In this document: piece after piece, positions 11,201-22,030 of the stretch
How positions within the stretch are numbered: the stretch's first letter is position 1
Layout of the letters: each line of letters starts with the position of its first letter
Assembly (NCBI GenBank): GCA_964016885.1
Contig: CAXHJY010000721.1
Location: 1 to 29,835, forward strand
Origin: Eledone cirrhosa
Lineage: Eukaryota
Length of the DNA stretch: 29,835 nt
Reading direction: 5' to 3'
Translations under genes and position numbers: made by a program
Notes under the pieces: model-generated
What the model saw: only the letters and a program-made list of their open reading frames with translations
Told to the model about the DNA's origin: nothing
Database searches by the model: none

Positions 11201-13366
11201 TGACAGTGTTGGAAGTGTGTCTATAGCTAGGTGACAGTGTTGGAAGTGTGTCTATAGCTAGGTGACAGTGTTGGAAGTGTGTCTATAGCTAGGTGACAGT
11301 GTTGGAAGTGTGTCTATAGCTAGGAGACAGTGTTGGTAGTGTGTCTATAGCTAGGAGACAGTGTTGGTAGTGTGTCTATAGCTAGGAGACAGTGTTGGTA
11401 GTGTGTCTATAGCTAGGAGACAGTGTTGGTAGTGTGTCTATAGCTAGGTGACAGTGTTGGTAGTGTGTCTATAGCTAGGTGACAGTGTTGTAGTGTGTCT
11501 ATAGCTAGGTGACAGTGTTGGTAGTGTGTCTATAGCTAGGTGACAGTGTTGGTAGTGTGTCTATAGCTAGGTGACAGTGTTGGTAGTGTGTCTATAGCTA
11601 GGTGACAGTGTTGGTAGTGTGTCTATAGCTAGGTGACAGTGTTGGTAGTGTGTCTATAGTTAGGTGACAGTGTTGGTAGTGTGTCTATAGTTAGGTGACA
11701 GTGTTGGTAGTGTCTATAGTTAGGTGACAGTGTTGGTAGTGTGTCTATAGCTAGGTGGTGACAGTGTTGGTAGTGTGCCTATAGCTAGGTGACAGTGTTG
11801 GTAGTGTGTCTACAGCTAGGTGACAGTGTTGGTAGTGTGTCTACAGCTAGGAGACAGTGTTGGTAGTGTGTCTATAGCTAGGTGACAGTGTTGGTAGTGT
11901 GTCTACAGCTAGGTGACAGTGTTGGTAGTGTGTCTACAGCTAGGTGACAGTGTTGGTAGTGTGTCTACAGCTAGGAGACAGTGGTTGGTAGTGTGTCTAC
12001 AGCTAGGTGACAGTGTTGGTAGTGTGTCTATAGCTAGGTGACAGTGTTGGTAGTGTGTCTATAGCTAGGTGACAGTGTTGGTAGTGTGTCTATAGCTAGG
12101 TGACAGTGTTGGTAGTGTGTCTATAGCTAGGTGACAGTGTTGGTAGCGTGTCTATAGCTAGGTGACAGTGTTGGTAGCGTGTCTATAGCTAGGTGACAGT
12201 GTTGGTAGCGTGTCTATAGCTAGGTGACAGTGTTGGTAGCGTGTCTATAGCTAGGTGACAGTGTTGGTAGCGTGTCTATAGCTAGGGTGACAGTGTTGGT
12301 AGCGTGTCTATAGCTAGGTGACAGTGTTGGTAGCGTGTCTATAGCTAGGTGACAGTGTTGGTAGCGTGTCTATAGCTAGGTGACAGTGTTGGTAGCGTGT
12401 CTATAGCTAGGTGACAGTGTTGGTAGCGTGTCTATAGCTAGGTGACAGTGTTGGTAGCGTGTCTATAGCTAGGTGACAGTGTTGGTAGTGTGTCTATAGC
12501 TAGGTGACAGTGTTGGTAGTGTGTCTATAGCTAGGTGACAGTGTTGGTTGTAGTGTGTCTATAGCTAGGTGACAGTGTTGGTAGTGTGTCTATAGCTAGG
12601 TGACAGTGTTGGTAGTGTGTCTATAGCTAGGTGACAGTGTTGGTAGTGTGTCTATAGCTAGGTGACAGTGTTGGAAGTGTGTCTATAGCTAGGTGACAGT
12701 GTTGGAAGTGTGTCTATAGCTAGGTGACAGTGTTGGAAGTGTGTCTATAGCTAGGTGACAGTGTTGGAAGTGTGTCTATAGCTAGGTGACAGTGTTGGAA
12801 GTGTGTCTATAGCTAGGAGACAGTGTTGGTAGTGTGTCTATAGCTAGGAGACAGTGTTGGTAGTGTGTCTATAGCTAGGAGACAGTGTTGGTAGTGTGTC
12901 TATAGCTAGGAGGACAGTGTTGGTAGTGTGTCTATAGCTAGGTGACAGTGTTGGTAGTGTGTCTATAGCTAGGTGACAGTGTTGGTAGTGTGTCTATAGC
13001 TAGGTGACAGTGTTGGTAGTGTGTCTATAGCTAGGTGACAGTGTTGGTAGTGTGTCTATAGCTAGGTGACAGTGTTGGTAGTGTGTCTATAGCTAGGTGA
13101 CAGTGTTGGTAGTGTGTCTATAGCTAGGTGACAGTGTTGGTAGTGTGTCTATAGTTAGGTGACAGTGTTGGTAGTGTGTCTATAGTTAGGTGACAGTGTT
13201 GGTAGTGTCTATAGTTAGGTGACAGTGTTGGTAGTGTGTCTATAGCTAGGTGGTGACAGTGTTGGTAGTGTGCCTATAGCTAGGAGACAGTGTTGGTAGT
13301 GTGCCTATAGCTAGGAGACAGTGTTGGTAGTGTGCCTATAGCTAGGAGACAGTGTTGGTAGTGTGT
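5271..13366. repeat. Large tandem minisatellite, 31-bp unit GTGACAGTGTTGGTAGTGTGTCTATAGCTAG, ~260 copies
   Basis: 31-bp periodicity is directly visible over ~8.1 kb. There are no spacers, TAG stops close all six frames, and variant units occur in runs. Confidence 0.99.
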
Positions 13367-13392
13367 ATATTATGAATGACACTGGAAGGCCC

Positions 13393-13573
13393 ATATATTT
13401 ATATATATTATATATAATATATATATAATATATATATATATATACATATATATATACGTGTGTGTATGTATATACATATATGTGTGTATATACATATATG
13501 TGTATGTATATATATACATGTGTGTATATATACATATGTGTGTGTGTGTATATATATACATGTGTGTGTGTGT
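13393..13573. repeat. (TA)n/(TG)n compound microsatellite
   Basis: Direct inspection. Confidence 0.95.
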
Positions 13574-13819
13574 CTGATAATAATTAATAATAATAAAACC
13601 CCCCCAAAAAAGGCTTTCAAATGTATCATGGAAATCACAATGCCATGTCTTTCTGATACAACCAGCTGTTATTTATTTTTGTTCCTTTTTTTAATATATA
13701 CACATATATATATACATAACACCACCAGCTCTCTTCCATTTTCCTACGTCTCCCTCTCTTTCAATCTACTCTCTCAGAACCACTATCTCTTTCTCGCTAT
13801 CCTTCTCTCTCTCTCTATT

Positions 13820-14012
13820 TATGAAGGTATCCGGAAAAAACCCCATATCTTGGGAACCCACGGTCCAATTTTCATGAAACTTGTTTTATTCCATTTGTAT
13901 TCGCATTTGAGGGTCAACATCCTTTCAAAGTGTTTTCCCATTATGCGCCCTTTTGGCTGTATTACATTACAGACAAGCAAGAAAGCAATCGCAGACTTTT
14001 AGTATTATATAG
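13820..14012. mobile_element. Possible Helentron/DINE-like non-autonomous element fragment
   Basis: Contains CCAATTTTCATGAAACTT and ends ACAGACAAG...TTTTAGTATTATATAG, reminiscent of invertebrate HINE-type elements. Weak. Confidence 0.3.
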
Positions 14013-14067
14013 AATTTCAAAATTTGAAATCATAGGCTATGTCTTTCATTAGACATCTAAAAACCTT

Positions 14068-14906
14068 TGCCCACTTACTCCCGAGATGGTTGTGGGACCA
14101 GAGTCCTCAAACACTCTTTCCAGCAGGCCCTGTCAGAAGCAACCATCTCCAACTGATCTGGCTGGATCCTTAAGTGAGACCAGCCAATCTCATCATCATC
14201 ATCATTTCATTTTACGTCCGCTTTTTCCCTGCTTGCAAGGGTGGGACGGGAACTGATTCTGGCTTGATTTCTACAGCTGGATGCCCTTCCTAACACCAAC
14301 CTCATTTACAGTGAGTGCTGGGTGCTTTTTTACCGTGGCACCTCCACGACCACTTTGCAGTGGAATGATAGGGACCCCAGTCCCTAGCATCTCATTTCTA
14401 CAGCTGAGTAAACTGGAGCAGTGTGAAATAAAGTGTCTTGCTCAAGGAAACAACACATCACCCGGTCTGAGAATTGAACTCACAACCTTTCGATTGTAAG
14501 GCCAATGCTCTAACCACTAAGCCATGTGCCTCATAGATGCTATCCAACCATCTTGCTCGGGGTCTACCCCTGGGTCTCTTGCCGGTTGGTTTTGCCCGTA
14601 TATTCTGTACAGCGATTCTTGCCAGAGACATATGTCCATAGTATCAGAGCTGTGATCTCTCAATTCGGATAAGTAGCGGCTGTACTTGGAGTGACACTTT
14701 GATCTCTGAGCTACACTCTATCGAGTAATGTTACTTCAAAGACCCTTCGGAGGAACGCTGTTTCGGCTGCTTGTATTCGCGATTGTGTTTCGGTTATTAC
14801 CCAAGATTCACGATCATAGGTAAGAGTTGGCATGAATATTGAATTGAAGATAGCGAGTTTGGTTTTTACGCCTACTTCCCTTCTGATTACCGAATGCTAC
14901 AATGAC
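14068..14906 (-). mobile_element. RTE-clade LINE 3' fragment (family A), interrupted by a SINE at ~14194-14529
   Basis: Minus strand translates, with stops and frameshifts, as KTKLAIFNSIFMPTLTYDRESWV...SRIQAAETAFLRRVFEVTLLDRV...IERSQL*YYGH...KPTGKRPRGRPRARWLDSI. This is the typical RTE post-RT C-terminus. Confidence 0.9.
14194..14529 (-). mobile_element. Apparently full-length tRNA-derived SINE with RTE-type (ATG)n tail
   Basis: Minus strand begins GCACATGGCTTAGTGGTTAGAGCA (A box)...GAGTTCAATTC (B box) and ends GGACGTAAAATGAAATG(ATG)n. CTCAT is duplicated at both junctions. Confidence 0.8.
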
Positions 14907-15003
14907 TTTATATAAGAACTTGTGTTAAGTTATGTTCCAAACAGTAACTCAATAAAGAGAACATTATATTACTAAATCCCACAAGAGGTCTATATTTACA
15001 AAA

Positions 15004-15160
15004 AGACAGGCATACAGTCAGAACAACAGACAGACAGACAGGCAGGCAGTCAGAACAACAGACAGACAGGCATGCAGTCAGAACAACAGACAGACAGGCA
15101 GGCAAAACGACAGACAGTCAGAACGGCATGCAGAAGGACAGAGACAGACAGACGGACAGA
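15004..15160. repeat. (AGAC)n-based low-complexity tandem repeat
   Basis: CAGTCAGAACAACAGACAGACAGGCA units. Confidence 0.85.
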
Positions 15161-15499
15161 AAGAGATCATCTTCCTTGCCCTAGTTTGAATATTCACATT
15201 TAAGCAGGTGGCAGTTCATTTTTTTTTTTCATTTTGTTCATTTTTTTTTTTTTTTATTTCTCTAGAGTTACAGCAAAATATTATCCAGATACGGCTCTTA
15301 GTGCAGTTTCCTTTATCATGAGAAACTTCTTAAAAATGTCAACAGGAGGAACTGGCTTGATCTGACCTAGTTATAACAACTCTCTCTGGATGACAGTTGA
15401 GAAGGTTCACAAGATAGCATCTTTCAATTTAGTAAGTCATCTAAATTACAAATAAAGATCTTTTTCCCACAGCAAACTTGTTTATTGAATTAGGAGCAA

Positions 15500-15880
15500 T
15501 CACATACACAGAGAGAGAGAGAGACACGAGTACACATTGTTGTACATACACACACATATACACACCTGGAAACACACAAAGAGATGAGTACACGTACATA
15601 CACACCTACACACACTCACTGGAAACATACAAACACACGAGTACACATTTTTATACACACACTGGAAACACACAAAGAGATGAGTACACATATTTGTACA
15701 TGTACATGCACACACACACCTGGAAACACACAAACATGAGTACACATTTTTGTACACGTACACACACACGAGTACACGTACAAACACAAAGACAGTACAC
15801 ATTTTTGTACACAGACACACACACACACACACACACACCTATAACATGCACAAATTCACATTGTGTACACAAACACACTC
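15500..15880. repeat. CA-rich degenerate tandem repeat
   Basis: CTGGAAACA.ACAAA...GAGTACAC units separated by (CA)n. Confidence 0.85.
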
Positions 15881-15930
15881 AAATGATGGATTATATGACT
15901 TAGTACTATGAAATGATAGATAGCTGCTGT

Positions 15931-16275
15931 CACCACCACCACCACCACCACCACTACATCACATCAACCACCACCACATCACCACATCACATCAACCACC
16001 ACCACCACCACTACATCACATCAACACACCACCACCACCACTACATCACATCACATCAACCACCACCACCACCACTACCACATCACATCAACCACCACCA
16101 CCACTACATCACATCAACCACACCACCACCACCACTGCTACATCACCACCTCAACCACCACCACTACTACATCACCACCACATCATATCAACCACCACCA
16201 CCAACACCACTACTACTACATCACCACCACCACCACCACCACTACTACTACATCAACCACCACCACCACAACACC
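15931..16275. repeat. (CAC)n/(CATCA)n low-complexity tract
   Basis: Direct inspection. Source of the His/Pro-rich ORF. Confidence 0.95.
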
Positions 16276-16421
16276 ATTTAATGTCTTCCGAGCTAGCAAG
16301 GTTTTGACCTATTGTGAATGTGTTGTTGGATATACTCTCAGGTGTCTAAAGTAACCGCCCCACCACCTTCACACGCATATTAATATTTTAGCCGACAACA
16401 ACAACTGCAACTTGCATATCC

Positions 16422-16583
16422 TCTTCTTCGCCCACTTACCATATTCCTGAGAGGGCTGTGGTCACAGAGTCCTCAAACATTCCTTCCAGTAGGTCCTGTC
16501 AGAATCAACCATCTCCAACTGATCCGGCTGGATCCCCAAGCGAGACCAGCCAAGCTCGTGGATGCTACTCAACCATCTTGCTG

Positions 16584-16614
<31 letters not shown>

Positions 16615-16830
16615 TGGGGGGGGGGGGGGGGCGCTACCACCTGGGTCTCTTGCTGGCTGGTTTTGCCTGTAAAATCTTTCCGGTGACATTCTAACCACAT
16701 GCCCATAATACCGGAGCTGTGATCTCTCAATTCAGAGAAGTAGTGGCTCTACCTGAGTGACTCTCTGATCACCGAGTTACGCACTTTATCGAGTAACGTT
16801 ACTCCAAAGACCCTACGGAGGAATCCCATT
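16422..16830 (-). mobile_element. RTE LINE 3' fragment (family A) with poly-G expansion
   Basis: Colinear with 14068-14760. It explains ORFs 16458 and 16462. Confidence 0.88.
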
Positions 16831-17995
16831 CCTCCCAACAAATAATTTAATGAAATACAAAATTCTTTATCTTATTCATTATTGTTGTTCAGACTAGGGC
16901 ACCCATACCATCAACAGCGTTGACTGTATTTAATTTTTGGAGTCATGATTGGTATGCTATATATATATATATATAATATATATAAAGTTTATTGGATATA
17001 TGAGCAATCTCACGAAACTGGGTAATTTGAGTTTTTATAAATTTATGGTTTGCATAAGAGAAACCTATAGTTTATGTTGTTTACTGCCATGTGGAAGTTA
17101 TTAAAACTAAACAATATTTAAATGAATTTTTAGGGTATAATTACACAAGTGACATGACATGATTAAATATGTGAATAACTTTGGAGAAATAACTATTTAC
17201 AGGGACAAGTGTAGGGTTAGAACCCAGGACCTTGTGATTGGAACGAGAACTTCCTATTGTAGTAACTCGACAGATAGGAAATGGTGTGTGCGTGGTGTGT
17301 GTGTGTGCGTGCGTGCGTGCGTAGGGAAATTTCAAGTTACTGAGCTGTGACGACCTCATCCGCCCCTGCTAACAGGGTAAACAGGCGTTAAATTATGATG
17401 ATGGCGGTGGCGGTACAAACTCACACGTCCTATTATTACAGTTGTTGAAAATGTGGCTCAAATGTTTTGTTGATGTCGTGTGTAAGAGAAGATGTTTCCT
17501 AGTGACTTAACACATGACTGAATGTCATACCCTGGTGGTCAACTGGTGGTACTCAGCAAGATAATTACTGTTTCTGAATTGGTGTTTCCCCCAGGCTTGG
17601 CCTTGGAACCTGTGAGGAAGCAACACAGATGTGATGGCAGGTCTACAATAGATGTCTTTGGATTCCACCTGCTGCCATTCCACTTCAACACTAGCCATTT
17701 CCTCTGGTGTGTCAGTCTGTGATTTCGGTAAATGTGGCGGCTTCTTGGATTAGATGCAGTTAGTTTTTTCAATGCAGGTCAAAGACACATGACAGAGTTA
17801 GACTGCACGGACAGGAAAATGTCTGGTAGCCTTGCAATCTTCTCATTCTGAGGTGGTAAGGTCCTTAACCTGGAATATGACTTGTAACTTTCTCAGACAG
17901 GGGAAATCAGAGACAAATTCACCCAGGCTTCATTACAAGACAACCTGAAGATTGTAAGGTACAAGATGCTTTCAAGTTTCTTGTTGAACCCATAA

Positions 17996-18592
17996 CATCA
18001 TCATCATTATTCTTATGTCTATTTCACCATGCTTGCAAGAGTTGGATGGGTCCTCTTCAGCACAGCATCTCCACTTGCTGCAATTCTTTGTCATCTCTGT
18101 GAGTCTCAGTGATTTGAGATCAACTCTCACCAGCTCTGCCCGGGTCTTTCTACTGCAACTTCCTTCCACTGGGATTTCCTGGTACTTCATCCAGCAATTG
18201 TCATCCATGCACATCACATGTCTATACCAACGCAGTCTTCTTTCTTGCACACCACTTCAGATTCCTCTTAAACCAAGTTTCTCCCTCAGTTCATCTAAGC
18301 TCTGCCTTTCTCTCACATTTACATTGTATAGCCAATGAAGCGTGAAAGCTTCACTTGCCCCCAGTCTACACATGTCTTCTGCAGTCACTGCCCATGTTTC
18401 ACACAGGTGTCATACATTTGTCCTTTCGTATGTAGGGTGAGACCTTTTGTCGTCGACAGTGAGAGTAGCTCTCTAAACTTCTTTCATCCTATCCTTATTC
18501 TAGCTATTATGCTATCAGAGCACCCCCCTCTGATGTTAATTAGACCACCCAGGTAGCAGAAGCCATCAACCACTTCTATGGACCCTTCATGT
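17996..18592 (-). mobile_element. RTE LINE 3' fragment (family B) with (ATG)n tail
   Basis: Minus strand gives IEVVDGFCYLGGLI...DSIIARIRIG*KKFRELL...MQERRLRWYRHVM, followed by a 3' tail related to the SINE tails. Confidence 0.88.
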
Positions 18593-18689
18593 GATTGGAA
18601 AAGGTTTATATCACTGATGCTCTTCCCCTCAATTACCCCTGTGCATTTTTTACATACAAAGTCTTCTTGCTCTTTCTCAATGAGGGCGG

Positions 18690-18945
18690 GGTCACCCTAA
18701 GCCAGGAATCCCAAAGCATCGTCATGCATAGAGCCAACCAGCTCCCCCCAGCGCCATCCATTGCTGGCGGTCCCATGCCAGCTTCTCTATGCATCTTCCA
18801 AGGTGATGTCAACCTCCGGAAAACTTCCCTGATGACATCCAGCCATCTGGAGTGGGGGCCTGTCACAGGGCCTCTTCCAGCCTGCAGCCAAACGAGAGTA
18901 AGATCCTGGTAAGGTAGGATGATCTGATGGAAAGGGGAAGAAATG
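18690..18945 (-). mobile_element. RTE/RTE-X-like LINE C-terminal fragment (family C)
   Basis: Frameshifted DHPT...AAGWKRP.DRP / RWLDVIREVFRRL motif. Confidence 0.6.
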
Positions 18946-19420
18946 TGGAAAAACAAAAAAAATCTGACAATGGCATCTTGAACTAACCACTCTATTCATT
19001 AACCAGAATGGAGATAGCTATTTGCAAGAACAAGCTCCATGAGGTAGACTGGATGTTCAACACATTCTCCTCCTCCGCATCCTTTGAAGTAAAATATTTA
19101 CAATTCTACCATTCTAATATCCTTTGTTTATTGTATTTCATAAAAAAAAAAAAAAAAATTATTTGACCAATAAAAAAAAAACGTTTTGGTGACAGCCAAG
19201 GAAATGACAGTGTCAGTTATAAAAATCTTATTGGCTCAAAGCTTGATGGTTCATATCCTGTGTTCTTGCAAGAGACACTTAACACTCAATAGTCTAACTT
19301 CTCCAGCCATGTTAACTTGCTAATGGTGGTCGTGGTGCTATTGAAGCTGACAGTCATTGCTGTTTTGTTTCAGCTTTACTCTACTAAGCTCAAATACCCA
19401 GAGAAAATACCAAAAAAAAA

Positions 19421-19541
19421 TTATATATATATACCCCATGTATACACACACACACCCATCCCATATATACACACACACACACATCCCATATATATATATA
19501 TACACACATATCCATATATAATCACACACACATATCCCATA

Positions 19542-19581
<40 letters not shown>

Positions 19582-19746
19582 TATCCATATATATACACAT
19601 GCACCCCTTCCCCCCATATATACACACACAAACCCACCCTATAGACCCAACAATGGTCATGTATTGTTTAAAAACAAAAAAAAAGATTATTTCTATAAGT
19701 GACAGTACTGACAGTAGTATAATAATAATAATAATAATAATAATAT
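19421..19746. repeat. (TA)/(CA) and (TAA)n microsatellites
   Basis: Direct inspection. Confidence 0.9.
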
Positions 19747-19848
19747 AGCCTTGAAATATTACAGTATTTAAACAAAGCAGTTGACTAAATAATAAATGTT
19801 GGGCAAATTTCAAATGTGTGCATCCCAACGCAAATGACTATAATAATA

Positions 19849-20475
19849 GTTTCTGATTTAGGCACAAGGCCAGCAATTTTGGGGGAGGGGAATGCTGAGT
19901 AAATCAACCCTAATGCGTTACTGGTACTTTATTTTATTGACCCCATAAGGATGAAAAGCAAAGCTAATCTCAGCTGGATTTGAACTCAGAACGTAAAGGG
20001 ACGTAACTCTATGCCGCTAAGCACGTTGTACGACGCTCCACTGATACTGCCAATTCACCGTCCTTATTATCAATAATGGTTTATGATCTCTGAATAAAGC
20101 CAGCAATTTTAGGGGAGGAGAAAGCGGAATAAAAAGACCTCAGTATGTGTGTGTGTGGGGTGACTGGTACTTTATTTTAATGACCCTGTAAGGATGAAAG
20201 GAAAAGCTAACATCGGCGGGATTTGAATTCAGAATGTAAAGAAGGGTGTTTGACCAGTACTGCCAATTCACTGCCCTCAATGGTTTCTGGTTTAAACTCA
20301 AAATCAATAATTTTTGGGGTGGGGATAGCCGAGTAAATTGATCTCTGTACGTCACTGGTACTTTATTTTATCGACCCCACAGTCAGGATGAAAGGTAAAG
20401 CTAAGCTCAGCTGGATTTGAACTCTAAACGTAAAGGGACATAACTATGCCCCGAAGCATGGTGTCCAACACTTCT
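19849..20475 (-). mobile_element. Three head-to-tail tRNA-derived SINE copies
   Basis: CTGGTACTTTATTTTA...AGGATGAAAG..AAAGCTAA...GGATTTGAACTC occurs three times. Confidence 0.85.
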
Positions 20476-20662
20476 GATAATCAATGATAAGTAGTTGGGA
20501 GAAAAAAACAAAAAAACAAATAAAAAAAAAAAAACATTTTAAGTACCCCTTTTGTATATCTCCAGGTGTATTTTAACCAATATTCTCTTATTACAATGAC
20601 TTTTTTTTTTTTTTTTTTTGCAATATTAAAAAAGCAGTACTAGACTAAATATAGACTATATC

Positions 20663-21020
20663 CTCATCATCACCATCATTTAATGTCCACTTTCCCAGCC
20701 AGCAAGGGTTAAACAAGTCTACATAGACCAAGTCAGTTCTTGAATTAGGGTTACTGACCTCCCTAACAGGCCAAAGTAGTCTGTATCCCGCTTACGTACG
20801 GCCATATGGAGTGTAGAGAAGAAATTGTATCTTTTGACACAAACTGAAGGAGCGTCCTAACCTTGTTTGGCAAGCTTTCTACAGCTTTACAGCATGTACT
20901 GGGTGCTTTTATTGTGTAGATCACCAGCACTAGGGAGGTTGTCATGTCTTTGACACAACTAAAGGGTCCTCACATCTCCATATTTGGCAAGCTTACTACA
21001 GGTAATTTCCTAATACCATC
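20663..21020 (-). mobile_element. Decayed SINE 3' fragments (RTE-type tail)
   Basis: CATCATTTAATGTCCACTTTCC..GC.AGCAAGGGTT and TTTACAG..TGTACTGGGTGCTTTT motifs are shared with 14200-14340 and 24097-24345. Confidence 0.6.
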
Positions 21021-22030
21021 CATTTTAAATTAATTCATTATGCACTAGACAGCATTTCAATTAACTTTACAGGTATACCTTTCATGATAAACATGTAACT
21101 TAAATTTTAACCCTCAGTGAAAAAAAGAGGATGATGGGTATAGAAGCACAATGATGTGAAGGGAAATGAAATGAGACAGCTAGGTCATGTGTTGAGGAAA
21201 GTATCAGGGTGAGAGGAATAGAGCTAGAATGTGAAGAGAAATAAAATGAGATGATTGGGTCATGTGTTGAGGAATGATGAAAGGATTAGGGTGAGAGGAA
21301 CAATGGAAATGAAGGTGGAAGGAAGTAGAGGCAGGGTAAGAACACAAAAGACATGGGTAAAGATGATGAAGGAGGAAATAAAAGATAGGGAGTTGATGAG
21401 GGAAGATACAAGATGCAGCTCATAGGGCAAAATGGAGAAGCTTCCAATAGTGCCTGCATGCCTAACCCTTGCCTTACAACAATTGTATTCTGGTGAAAGT
21501 AAAAATAATATAAAGTAAAAAAAGAAAAAAGAAAGAAAAACAAAAACAAAAAGTTACACTACAGGTTTTATTTCCCTGGGGGTAAAATTGATTTATCAGA
21601 CTAGATTCTAGACGTTTCTCATCAGAGAAAGAATACCCATATACACTATTTGTAATGTTATAGAAACTAGAGCTAAACTAAATTGGTCAGTCTAATTTGT
21701 GTAACAGTGCATGCATTGACAGTGTGGATTAATTAATTCACTCTCAGTGAAATATATACAGCTATAAGCTACTAATCTCTCTCACTGGACAGAAGGAAGG
21801 CCGGTATTGATCCAGTGTTTTCTGCTCAGAGATAAAACAGGTAATGTCTTTTACAGAGACAGATATTTCTCTTGACACATATAGAAGACATGAGAGAGAG
21901 CAAGAGAAAGAAGAGAGAGACAGATAAAAGAGGAAGATAAAAAGAGTGAGAGATGGATGAAAGAGGAGGAGGAAGATAAAGAAAGCTGATATAGTTAGAA
22001 GCAATGTTGAGATAAGTAAAATATACTTAC

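Noticed and set aside
5271-13366. CRISPR array or coding tandem repeat
   Set aside because: Units are contiguous with no unique spacers, there are no cas genes, and the context is eukaryotic. 31 is not a multiple of 3, and TAG stops close every frame on both strands.
5271-13366. Recursive splice sites (TAG|GTGA) or RSS heptamers (GACAGTG vs CACAGTG) in each unit
   Set aside because: No polypyrimidine tract precedes the AG and the motif is antisense to the host gene. The heptamer lacks the essential first C and there is no nonamer.
15913-16281. His/Pro-rich 122-aa ORF, and the YIYI/CVCV ORFs at 4547-5024, 13311-14002, 15478-15903 and 19317-19828
   Set aside because: These are translations of microsatellites and low-complexity tracts.
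17195-17270. tRNA gene
   Set aside because: Only a decayed B-box-like GGTTCTAACC on the minus strand with no cloverleaf. It is a SINE head remnant, as are the other A/B-box hits.
17500-17960. Unique-looking stretch with ORFs 17522 and 17539
   Set aside because: At most a faint resemblance to a very old LINE RT C-terminus. There are multiple stops and no supportable exon or family call.
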